Position numbers and translations under genes: made by a program. This document shows positions 54,369-63,371 of a DNA stretch of 64,000 bases, one piece after another. Origin of the DNA: a bacterium (GTDB lineage: Bacteria; UBA8248; JACPRG01; G963555815); NCBI GenBank assembly GCA_965261595.1, contig CBDHDG010000007.1:736001-800000 (forward strand), written 5' to 3'. Each line of letters begins with the position of its first letter. Position 1 is the first letter of the stretch. The notes under the pieces were generated by a model. That model did not search any database. It worked only from the letters and a program-made list of their open reading frames with translations, and was not told where the DNA came from.

Positions 54369-54660
54369 GAGCCTGGGCGCCATCGGGACTCGTGAAGTTT
54401 CATCGGTCTGGTGATTTAGTTGGCAGGGGAGGCCTGAAAACGTTGCGGGTTTTGGATGTTGCAGGGCGTCGGAAAGGAGGTGGGGTCTAGGGGAATCTGG
54501 CGTCCCGGTCCGCACGAGGTTTGGTTGCCCGCTTGAACGGGAAACGTTGAGTCGGTTGAATGCGCAGGCCAAGAACCTAGATGAGGTGTTCGGAAATTCG
54601 TCTTCCGGATGAGCGGACAAACGGTGCGGTAGTCGGCGGCAGATAAAGGCGCCCAGGCTC
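54369..54660 (+). ncRNA. Candidate structured ncRNA closed by a 13-bp terminal stem (family not recognised)
   Basis: GAGCCTGGGCGCC ... GGCGCCCAGGCTC; no credible ORF; begins about 8 nt after the putative -10. Confidence 0.45.
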
Positions 54661-54739
54661 GATTCATTTGGTTCGTTTCCCGCCGAAAAAAACGTTGTTT
54701 TCAACCCATTTCTTACCTCTTGGATTCGTGATTATACCC

Positions 54740-54804
54740 TTGACGCAACCGACCACTACATGTAGTAAAACGGACCAAAAAGGCCGAACCACAAGATGTA
54801 GATA
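54740..54804 (+). promoter_or_regulatory. Second NrdR-box-like pair overlapping a TTGACG promoter
   Basis: Cores CTACATGTAG (54756) and CAAGATGTAG (54792); TTGACG at 54740. Confidence 0.55.
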
Positions 54805-54870
54805 TGGAAGACCGAGTTGAGTAGGAGTACTGGAATTGTTGCATGGATTTTTTTATGGAATAGATATTAC

Positions 54871-56538
54871 CCCGCATTTCCCATATGGATCATAAGTTTT
54901 GTCGGACCGAATGCCATTTTCTCGTGTAAGATCAAGGTGTTGGCCTCTCCCTGCCATCATCTTGCGAGGGGACCCAATGGGTGAAGCGAAGAAGGGGGCT
55001 TTGAAGATCCGTTTTGACCGTCGGCTGAGGCTTGAGTTTCACGGAACCAGAATCACTTCGGATGCAGGATTGCTGGCCTGCCGGGAGCTGGATGATGCGC
55101 TGGGTTTGACGGTGAGAGCGCCAGTGCAATTGCAAGAGATCCGTCATGGCCGGAACATCCAGCATGAGTTGGCGCCGCTATTGCGCCAGTCGGTCTATAG
55201 CCGCTTGGCAGGGTATGAAGACACCAACGATGCCGAGCGGTTGGCCCAGGACCCCGCGATGCAAGCCGTGGTCGGCCGCCGAGCGCTTGAGAAGCAGGCG
55301 GCGGGCGCCAACACCCTGAGCCGGTTCGAGACCGAGGTTCTCACCAGGGAGGAGAATCTCAAGGGGCCGGAGCGAGCTGAACCGGGAGTGGGTGGACCGG
55401 GCCATGGCACACTCACCCCATCAGCGAATCATCCTGGACATGGACAGCTCGGAAAGCCCCGTCCATGGGGAGCAGGAAGGTACGGCCTACAACGGCCACT
55501 TTCGTTGCACCTGTTATCACCCTCTTTTTTGCTTTAACCAGTTCGGGGACTGCGAAGGGGCGATGTTGCGCCCCGGCAACGTGCACAGCGCCGATGGCTG
55601 GCGCGAGTTGCTTTCGCCCATCGCGGCCCGGTATGAGCGGGCGGGTGTTCGCCGTTACTGCCGAGCCGATGCCGCCTTTGCGCGCCCGGAGGTCTATGAG
55701 TGCCTGGAAGCGCACAGCTTCCTTTACGCCATCCGCCTTCCCGCCAACGACGTGGTGCAGCGAGAGATCGACTTCCTCCTCACCCGCCCGGTCGGTCGCC
55801 CGCCCAAGAGACCCATCATCTTCTATTACGACTTCCGGTATCAGGCTGGAAGCTGGGACCGTTCCCGGCGGGTCGTGGCGAAGGTGGAATGGCACTCAGG
55901 CGAACTCTTCCCTCGCGTCGGATTCATTGTCACGAACCTGACGGCTCGACCCGAGGGGGTCGTGCACTTCTACAACCAGCGAGGCACAGCCGAGCAATGG
56001 ATCAAGGAAGGCAAGTACGCCCTGAACTGGACACGCCTTTCCTGTCACCGGTTCGTGTGCAACCAGGTGCGGCTCCTTCTCTTCGTCCTGGCGTACAACC
56101 TGGGCAATTTCCTGCGCAGGCTAGCCTTGCCCAGGGGGCTCAAGCACTGGTCGCTGCGAAGCCTCCAGGTCAAGCTCATCAAAATGGGCGGGAGGATTGT
56201 GCGGCACGCCCGGCAGATCATCTTTCAATTGGCCGAAGTAGCGGTATCCAGGGAAGAGTTCGCCATCATCCTGGACCGAATCAACCGATTACGGCCGGTG
56301 CCGGTCTAACCTTGTGCAGAGGGTTCCCGGCAGCATGAGGTGATTGGTTAACGGGTTGAACCGCGAACAAAGGGGACCGAAGGGCGAGGGTCCGCCTTTT
56401 GGGGCAGTCGATGGCCGTCAGCACCTTGTTGCGGAGGGTTGGAAGGCTCTTGACAAACCCATCGGAAGGGGATCAACTGGTTTTCATCGGGAAAGGGGAC
56501 CGGAAACCACCCAAGCAAGTTGATATGGGAAATTCCGG
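54871..56538 (+). mobile_element. IS1380-family insertion sequence
   Basis: TIRs CCCGCATTTCCCATAT / ATATGGGAAATTCCGG (14/16), ~1.67 kb, single transposase gene. Confidence 0.88.
54977..56309 (+). pseudogene. IS1380 transposase, frameshifted near 55370
   Basis: ITSDAGLL, GYEDTND; second frame ILDMDSS, CYHPL, RADAAF, YNQRGTAEQWIKEGK. Confidence 0.85.
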
Positions 56539-56589
56539 TTAAAACAAGCATGAAGGGTATGCCTTTTCTCTAAATGGACTGAAAGACAT

Positions 56590-56900
56590 CAAGGAACGGA
56601 GATGTTTGGACCTGGACCGCTATTTGTGCGGATACCAAACTCGTTCCCTCGTGGATGGCCGGTTATCGGACCCTGAAACACGCAAAAATCTTCTTTGGCG
56701 ATTTGGTGGCTCGGTTAGCGAACCGTGTTCAACTGACAACCGATGGTCACCGCTCCCATCTTCAGGCTGTTGAAGAAACCTTTGGGGCTGATATCGACTA
56801 CGCTCAGTGGGTCAAGATCTACGGCCCTGAGCCTGAGGGTGAGTCGCGGTACAGCCCTGGGAAGTGCAACGGAGCGGAGAGACACAAGATTCAGGATTAC
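56590..56900 (+). pseudogene. IS1-family DDE transposase fragment
   Basis: VWTWTAICADTKLVPSW, LANRVQLTTDGH, FGADIDYAQ.VKIYG, RYSP; lacks both ends. Confidence 0.7.
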
Positions 56901-57270
56901 AGCTGCCCCCCCATTGGGTGAGGGGGACATGATGTGAGGTAGGAATTATCTTGAAGAGGCTCAACGCCCTTCAATATATTCCTTCTCGCAAAATTTACAA
57001 GGCCCAATTTTGGATTGGTGTGTCTTGGTGTCGAGAGGGAACGGTTATGCTTTGGGAGCCAGACTGCATGGATTCTGATCAAAGATACGATCAGACTGAA
57101 CCGACAGAAAAATCCACAGGCCCGGCTGTGGTTACGGTCAACGGAAGCACGATCGCCTACATCCGCTCCCTTTCAGAAGCGATTGGGGAAGCGGCTGTCC
57201 CTCCCTCCACTCGTTCCCTCATTCGTTCCCTTAAGAAATTGGAAGCCGCTTTTGCCACATGTCGCCTGAC

Positions 57271-57321
57271 CCCCTACATCTAGTGGTCAGCCGAGACGCG
57301 GCCGCGATCTACATGTTGTGG
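57271..57321. promoter_or_regulatory. Third NrdR-box-like pair
   Basis: Cores CTACATCTAG (57274) and CTACATGTTG (57309), both followed by TGG. Confidence 0.45.
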
Positions 57322-58007
57322 TCGTCTGCGTCAAGTATATAAGAGCGCTTGGATTTCGTGTAATGCTTGCGGATTGCCTCCTTTTCGCTTGAAAAATCCT
57401 CCCGGTGTTTACTTCTCAGCATCCATTCGTAGTAGCGTCCGCCCGGCAGGTGGTAGACTCTCGTCTTTCTGTTTCCGATGACAGGGGGTCCGAGGGGGGG
57501 GAGGGGGAGGGGGGGAGGGCCTGACCGCCCCCGCTTGGCCGGAAGGCGCGACCAAATGCCCTTTCGAGCGGCCCGGGCCTTTCTTTCCAGCTCGCGAAAC
57601 AGGTCCGCGAATTTCAAGTTGGGCGGATAGGGCGACGCCCTTGCGTATCCCTCCGCCACCAGAAGGGCATTCACAAAAACGCCGTTGGGGAGGTAGACGT
57701 AGGAAAGCAGCCGTCCGTACCTGTCCACGGGGTCGCGGCCGAGCTCAAGCCGGACCGTTTTTCCTTGAATGAGCTTGCGTAGGAACGCGGCGGCCTCTTT
57801 CCCGAAAAACCCGACCGATTTCCTCGGGTGACGGGTTTCAGGGGTGTCGACGCCGATGATGCGCACACTGACGTGGAAGGTGTCGCCATCGACCACGCGC
57901 CTGACTTTTACCGTCTGGGAAAAGGCGGATTCAGCCGCAAGCAAACCAAGAGCGGAAACATGGAAGAGGAAAAATAGGAGAAGCTTGTTTTGGGTCAATA
58001 TGCTCAC
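57309..58007 (-). CDS. Secreted thermonuclease (SNase) family protein with a C-terminal YH-motif domain
   Basis: Signal peptide, VVDGDT, RIIGVDTPE, DRYGRLLSYV, GNRKTRVYH. Confidence 0.88.
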   Translation of the reverse strand: MSILTQNKLLLFFLFHVSALGLLAAESAFSQTVKVRRVVDGDTFHVSVRIIGVDTPETRHPRKSVGFFGKEAAAFLRKLIQGKTVRLELGRDPVDRYGRLLSYVYLPNGVFVNALLVAEGYARASPYPPNLKFADLFRELERKARAARKGIWSRLPAKRGRSGPPPLPLPPLGPPVIGNRKTRVYHLPGGRYYEWMLRSKHREDFSSEKEAIRKHYTKSKRSYILDADDHNM

Positions 58008-58317
58008 GTTCGGACATGGCTAAGATTTTGTTATTCTTTCGTCAGACGTTAAATATAAGGTATATGACCATATTTTCAATAGTAAACTCATTTCTTCTCC
58101 ATACCTGTGTGGATTCGCGGGGCCCGTGGCATCAAATCTCGCGTTTTCCCGGTGGATTCTCCTGATCGCGGAAAAATCCCGTTGATGAGGACCGCGCGGG
58201 AAAATATGTATACCGGGCATACCGGTTGGATGCTTTGTTCAATCTATCCCGGCCCGGTGAATCGAGATTCGCTGAAACGCTCCGCCCGGCGATCGGCCGG
58301 CCATCCTGGGAATCGTC

Positions 58318-60081
58318 ATGGCGAAGACCAAAGGAAACAAGGGCCCCTACTCGATGTGGGAGCTTGCCGGTTATCTGAAAAGTTTTCGGGGCCGTCTTGC
58401 CGGGGGGTTCATCCTGTTGATGGCGGCCAACGCCCTGGCGATCACGATCCCCTGGATCCTCAAAGACGCCATCGAGGGTCTTCGGAAAGGGTCTTCCCCG
58501 GACCTCCTCCTATGGCCCGCTTTGGCCATCGCCGCGGCGGCTGTCTTTCAAGCCGTCGTCCGGATCGCTTCCCGGCACATGTTCCTGGGGGTGAGCCGCG
58601 GCGTCGAGTACGACATTCGCACGGAGCTCTTCCGGCGCCTTCAGTCGCTGTCGCCCTCTTTTTTTCAGAAGACCACGACCGGCGACATCATGTCCCGCGC
58701 CACGAACGACCTGAACGCCGTCCGCATGGTCCTGGGGCCCGGCGTCACGCACGGCTTGAATTCCATCATCATCTACCTCTTCGTGGTTTCGGCCATGGCG
58801 GCCATCAGTCTCCAGCTCACGTTCTTCGCGGTCATCCTGTTCCCGCTCTGGCTTCTGGGGATGAGGCGCTTTTTCCGCAGCCTCAACGAAATCTCTAGGC
58901 GGTCCCAGGAGACCCTGGGCGATATCAGCACTAAAATTCACGAGAATCTCTCCGGGATGATGGTGGTCAAGCTCTTTGTTCAGGAGGACCACGAGCGCCG
59001 CGCGTTCGGAAAGCTGAATGACGCCTACCTCGATCTGACGGCCCGGCACGCAAAACTGCGCGCGTTCATCTTCGCCCTCATGACGGCCCTGGGCGGCGTG
59101 GGGGCGTTGGTCATCCTGTATCTCGGGGGCCGGTGGGTGATCGCCGGCGATATCACGCTCGGGGCCTTTGTGGCCTTCAACAGCTACCTGGCCATGCTGC
59201 TCTGGCCGACCCTCGCCCTGGGCTGGATCCTCGGGCTTTTCCAGCAGGGAAAGGCGTCCTGGGAGCGGTTGAGCTGGATCTTGAAGCAAAAGCCCGACGT
59301 CCGGACGGTGGGGGTCGAGCCGTCCCGGCCGGTTCGCGGAGAGATCGAGGTCCGGGGCCTGCGGTTCGCCTATGACGGCGGGCCAGATGTACTCAAGGGG
59401 CTGAGCTTCCGTCTCTCTCCGGGCGAGAAGGTCGCCATGGTGGGCGGGATCGGGTCCGGGAAATCAACCCTCGTGAGTTTGCTCACCGGGCTTCTGCCGG
59501 CCCCGGTGGAGACGGTCTTCCTCGACGGGATGGACGTGAACCGGTATTCGCATGAAGCCCTCCGCAAGGCCGTCGCCCTGGTTCCCCAGGACCCCTTTCT
59601 TTTCTCCCGGACGGTTCACGACAATGTGGCCTTCGGGGGGGACGCGCCGCCTTTCGAGGCCGTCCGCGCCGCGACGGACGCCGCGCGCTTCACGGTCGAG
59701 ATTGAGCGGTTTCCCGACGGCTTTCAGGCCATGATCGGCGAGCGCGGACTCACCCTGTCCACCGGCCAGCGGCAGCGGACGACCATCGCCCGCGGGATCG
59801 TCGAGAACCACCGGATCCTCATCCTGGATGATGTCCTTTCGAGCCTCGACGCCGAGACGGCCCGGGAGATCCTCGAGGAGATCCGCCGGTGGGGGAAAGA
59901 TCTCACCCTGCTCTTTGTTTCCCACAACCTCTCGGCGGCCCGGCAGGCGGACCGCATCCTGGTCATGGATGACGGCCGCGTCGCCGAGGAGGGGACGCAT
60001 GAAGCGCTGATGGAGCGCGGGGGGATCTACGCGCGGATGCACGAGCGCCAGCGCCTCATGGCTGAATTGGAGACCCTCTGA
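58318..60081 (+). CDS. ABC exporter, fused permease/ATPase (heterodimer subunit 1)
   Basis: TMD with GDIMSRATND; GGIGSGKS; degenerate signature LSTGQRQR; ILDDVLS. Confidence 0.92.
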   Translation: MAKTKGNKGPYSMWELAGYLKSFRGRLAGGFILLMAANALAITIPWILKDAIEGLRKGSSPDLLLWPALAIAAAAVFQAVVRIASRHMFLGVSRGVEYDIRTELFRRLQSLSPSFFQKTTTGDIMSRATNDLNAVRMVLGPGVTHGLNSIIIYLFVVSAMAAISLQLTFFAVILFPLWLLGMRRFFRSLNEISRRSQETLGDISTKIHENLSGMMVVKLFVQEDHERRAFGKLNDAYLDLTARHAKLRAFIFALMTALGGVGALVILYLGGRWVIAGDITLGAFVAFNSYLAMLLWPTLALGWILGLFQQGKASWERLSWILKQKPDVRTVGVEPSRPVRGEIEVRGLRFAYDGGPDVLKGLSFRLSPGEKVAMVGGIGSGKSTLVSLLTGLLPAPVETVFLDGMDVNRYSHEALRKAVALVPQDPFLFSRTVHDNVAFGGDAPPFEAVRAATDAARFTVEIERFPDGFQAMIGERGLTLSTGQRQRTTIARGIVENHRILILDDVLSSLDAETAREILEEIRRWGKDLTLLFVSHNLSAARQADRILVMDDGRVAEEGTHEALMERGGIYARMHERQRLMAELETL

Positions 60082-62017
60082 TGCCTCATGTTTCCGGCGC
60101 GGTCTACTCGGAGGAATCCCCGGGTAAGTTTTATGACGGAAGGCTCCTGAGACGGCTGGTCAGGGGATATGCCGGTCACCATCGGCGTCTGCTTTTCGCC
60201 GCTCTGTTTTGCCTGCCCCTGGCGGCCCTCTTGGAGCTCGTCCAGCCCTATCTGCTGAAGGTGGCGGTGGACGACCATTTGACCAACGGACGGCTGAGCG
60301 GCCTTCTCTCGATTGCCGGGTGGTTCCTGCTGGCGGTGATCCTGCTTGCCTTGGTCCGCTTCGCGCAGACGTACACGGTCCAGCTCCTCGGCCAGCGGGT
60401 GACGCACCGGTTGCGGGAGGAGTTGTTCGCCCGCGTTCAGCGCCTACCCCAGACCTATTTCGACCGGACGCCCGTGGGCAGGCTCCTGACCCGGATGACG
60501 TCGGATGTCGAGGTGATCCAGGAAATGTTCGCCTCCGGGGTGGTTTCGGTGGTCGGGGACGTTTTCCTCCTGGTCGGGATCATGGGGGCCATGTTGTGGC
60601 TCAACGCGGGCCTCGCCCTGTTGACCTTTGCGGCCATCCCCGTCCTGTTGATTTTTACGTTTTGGGTTCGGCCCCGCATCCGGGACGCGTTCCGGCAGGT
60701 CCGGGCCAAGCTGTCCGAGATTAACACCTTCCTCGCCGAACACCTGAGCGGGATGGCCATCGTCCAGCTTTTCCGCAAGGAGAAGGAAACGGGCGTGCTT
60801 TTCGAGGCGCTCTCGGGCGAGTACCGAAAAAAGGCGCACCAGGCGATTCTCTATGATGTGTGCCTGTATGCCCTGGTCGAGGCCACCGGGGCGATCGTGG
60901 TGGCGGGGATGATCTGGTACGGCGGCGGCCGCATCCTGGAAGGGACGCTGACGTTCGGTGTGCTGGTCGCCTTTCTCGGCTACATCCACAAGTTCTTCTC
61001 GCCGCTCATGGACCTGTCCTCGAAATACACGATCATGCAATCCGCCATGGCCGCCCTCGAGCGGATCTTCAGCCTTCTGGACGAAGAGACCGACCACGCG
61101 CTGGCGGGGGCTTCCGGGCGGGAACCGGCCTCGGGCGTCGCCGCCGTTCCATTTTCAGGCGACGGGAGCGATGGCCTCCATGGCGGCAAAGGCCCGGCCA
61201 TCGCATTCGAGGAGGTGGATTTCTCCTACGACGGCCAACAAGAAGTGCTGCGCGGCGTCAGTTTCCGCGCCGAGGCGGGAGAGACCATCGCCCTGGTGGG
61301 GGCGACCGGGGCGGGGAAAAGCTCCTGCCTGAAACTCCTTTGCCGGCTCTACGACCCCCAAGGCGGCCGCATCACGATGGACGGCGTGGACATCCGCGAA
61401 ACTCCCGCCCGGGACCTCCGCCGCCGGATCGGGATGGTGATGCAGGACGTCTTCTGTTCTCGGGGGACATCTACCGGAATATCCGCCTGGGGGACGAGTT
61501 GATCGACGAGGAGACTGTCCGCGCGGCGGCCGAAGAGGTCGGGGTGTGGGGGATGATTCGCAAGTTCCCCAACGGATTTGAGTCCAGTGTCCTGGAGCGG
61601 GGAAGCAACCTGTCGGCGGGCGAGCGCCAATTGCTCTCCCTCGCGAGAGCGGTTGTCCGCCGCCCGGACGTCCTCCTCGTGGACGAGGCCACTTCGAACC
61701 TCGATCCCTCGACGGAGTACGAGATCCAGCGGGTCCTGGGCGCCATCTACGGGAAGACGACCACCCTCGTCATCGCCCACCGCCTCTCGACGGTCAAAAG
61801 GGCCGACCGTATCGTGGTCCTCCACAAAGAGAAAGTCCGCGAGGTGGGCACGCACGCGGAGCTGCTGGCGCGGGGCGGGATTTACGCGCGCCTATACGCC
61901 CTTCAGTACCGTCAGCAGGAGTCGGAGACGGGGATCGGGCTCGAAATCGGTAAATCCGCCAACGGCCGCAACCCCGGAAGTCGCCCGGACGAGGACAAGC
62001 TATTTTCCGGGGAATAG
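60081..62017 (+). CDS. ABC exporter, fused permease/ATPase (heterodimer subunit 2), frameshift near 61455
   Basis: GATGAGKS in frame 1; LFSGDI..LSAGERQL..DEATS..IAHRLST in frame 2. Confidence 0.85.
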
Positions 62018-62103
62018 CGCCGGAGTCTGAGGTGACTGGCATAGGGATTGCTCGGCTATGTGGGCGCCATCGGTGGTAGGTGCGACACCATGTCGTACTT
62101 TCC

Positions 62104-62133
62104 ATTGACAATCGCACCCAAGATGTCAATACT
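62104..62133 (+). promoter_or_regulatory. Promoter with a palindromic operator upstream of the hicB/hicA-like pair
   Basis: ATTGACA-N13-TGTCAAT; the left arm contains the -35 TTGACA, with AATACT 17 bp downstream. Confidence 0.5.
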
Positions 62134-62258
62134 TCATTGTGTTATTCACGATTGAACCCCTTTGCTTGGGAAAGGTGAATAATCCGCCAAGGCGGCAACG
62201 GAGGTTCGAAAATCCTTGCACGCGAAGGGTGGTGTTTGCCAATAAGGGGAGAGATATC

Positions 62259-62720
62259 ATGAGCCGCTGCCCGCTTCTGTTCACATTCAAAGACATAGTT
62301 TCCGGAAACGGTTTTCTTACGGATATTGAGGCGCACGGCCGCATCCTCGGGGTGCAGGAGGGCGGCGGGGTGTGGATGTACGGTGTCCGGCCGGGCGGCC
62401 TCGCGGCTGGCGGAAAGGACGAAGGGGAAGCCTATTTAGAGTTTCGCCAAGCGTATCGGTCGGTTCTATACGACATCGCTGAGGAGGCTTCCGATTTTCC
62501 TGACTTCAAGGGGCGGGTTGAAAGGTTCTTCCGAGAAACCTGCGAAGAGACCGAAAACGAATGGCGAGAGGCCCTGACCGACGTGAGGGAAGGACGTTTG
62601 AAAGTCGAGGGGCTGCTGATTAAATCGGCGGATTCCAAGCCCTACATCAAGGTCAAACGGATGCAGCGATTCACGGCGAAGGACAACGCTCTGGAACCCC
62701 AAAGATCTCTCGCCGCCTGA
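62259..62720 (+). CDS. Hypothetical protein, HicB-like antitoxin candidate
   Basis: RBS AAGGGGAG; QEGGGVWMYGVRPGGLAAGGKDEGEAY resembles the HicB E-x-GG..PG..G.T..EA pattern. Confidence 0.5.
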   Translation: MSRCPLLFTFKDIVSGNGFLTDIEAHGRILGVQEGGGVWMYGVRPGGLAAGGKDEGEAYLEFRQAYRSVLYDIAEEASDFPDFKGRVERFFRETCEETENEWREALTDVREGRLKVEGLLIKSADSKPYIKVKRMQRFTAKDNALEPQRSLAA

Positions 62721-62724
62721 ACCC

Positions 62725-62970
62725 GTGGCTTCTTTTGGACAAATACGTCTGAAGAAGGTCTGGAATATGTTGGATGACCGCGCACCCGGACACACCTTCA
62801 AAGAGACAACGCACAATTTTTGCGTAATGTATAACGGTAGAACCTACCCGTCTTTACCGAAAGGTGGACACGGCAAGAAAAGCCCCGAAATCGAGATAGG
62901 ACACGTCAGACAGATGGTCAGGCACCTTCAAATTGACCGGGATTGTGCAAGGCGATACGTGCAACTTTGA
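62725..62970 (+). CDS. Small basic protein, HicA-like toxin candidate
   Basis: 81 aa; TTHNF..LPKGGHG..EIEIGHVRQMVRHLQI resembles HicA H...P.H..EI..G..R.I. Confidence 0.5.
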   Translation: MASFGQIRLKKVWNMLDDRAPGHTFKETTHNFCVMYNGRTYPSLPKGGHGKKSPEIEIGHVRQMVRHLQIDRDCARRYVQL

Positions 62971-63298
62971 ACCCCCTCCACCCCCCAATCCTCCAGCATT
63001 TTTAGCCCGAAGGCTTCTTCCGGCCCGGTCCCCGGCTCCCGGTACGCTGGACATGGGGTCAAATCTGATACTCTAACATTCTGGTCCATACTGTCAGGCT
63101 GGCTTGAAGTTCCAGTTGTACACCCTCCCCTGGCTTCGCGGCTATAATTTCAAAGGGAATGAAGGAAGATTTTGCGCCCACTGGACGATAGCGGTTACGT
63201 GTGCGTGGGCCGCAAGATCATGATGTCCCGTCCCGCGGGTCAATCCGGCAGTACAGCGGATCAAGAATGGCACGTTGAAGCATCCGATGTTTTTGAGT

Positions 63299-63347
63299 TT
63301 ATCCACATGTTGTGGCAAACTTGTGGATAATTCCCTAGATGTTGACG
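63299..63347. promoter_or_regulatory. DnaA boxes interleaved with a fourth NrdR-box-like pair
   Basis: TTATCCACA (63299-63307), TGTGGCAAA (63311-63319, 1 mismatch to TTWTNCACA), TGTGGATAA (63322-63330); cores CCACATGTTG (63303) and CTAGATGTTG (63335). Confidence 0.6.
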
Positions 63348-63371
63348 CAGTTTCCCGTTTTTGTGTTCATT

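Noticed and set aside
52547..54403. 618-aa minus-strand ORF
   Set aside because: Antisense shadow of the MFS transporter and out of frame with suhB
54369..54660. Retron msr-msd interpretation of the 13-bp terminal inverted repeat
   Set aside because: No reverse transcriptase gene in the window; kept only as an alternative
54648..54690. GGTTCGTTTCCCGCCG resembling a tRNA/tmRNA T-arm
   Set aside because: No acceptor stem, no CCA end and no matching 5' end
56951..57283. 110-aa ORF after the IS1 remnant
   Set aside because: No recognisable motif, atypical composition, lies in a degraded region
57493..57520. G-run tracts here and at 8805-8830, 23819-23861 and 41836-41863 as phase-variation or G-quadruplex sites
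   Set aside because: Explained by Pro/Gly-rich linkers or a terminator-like hairpin between convergent genes; no supporting context
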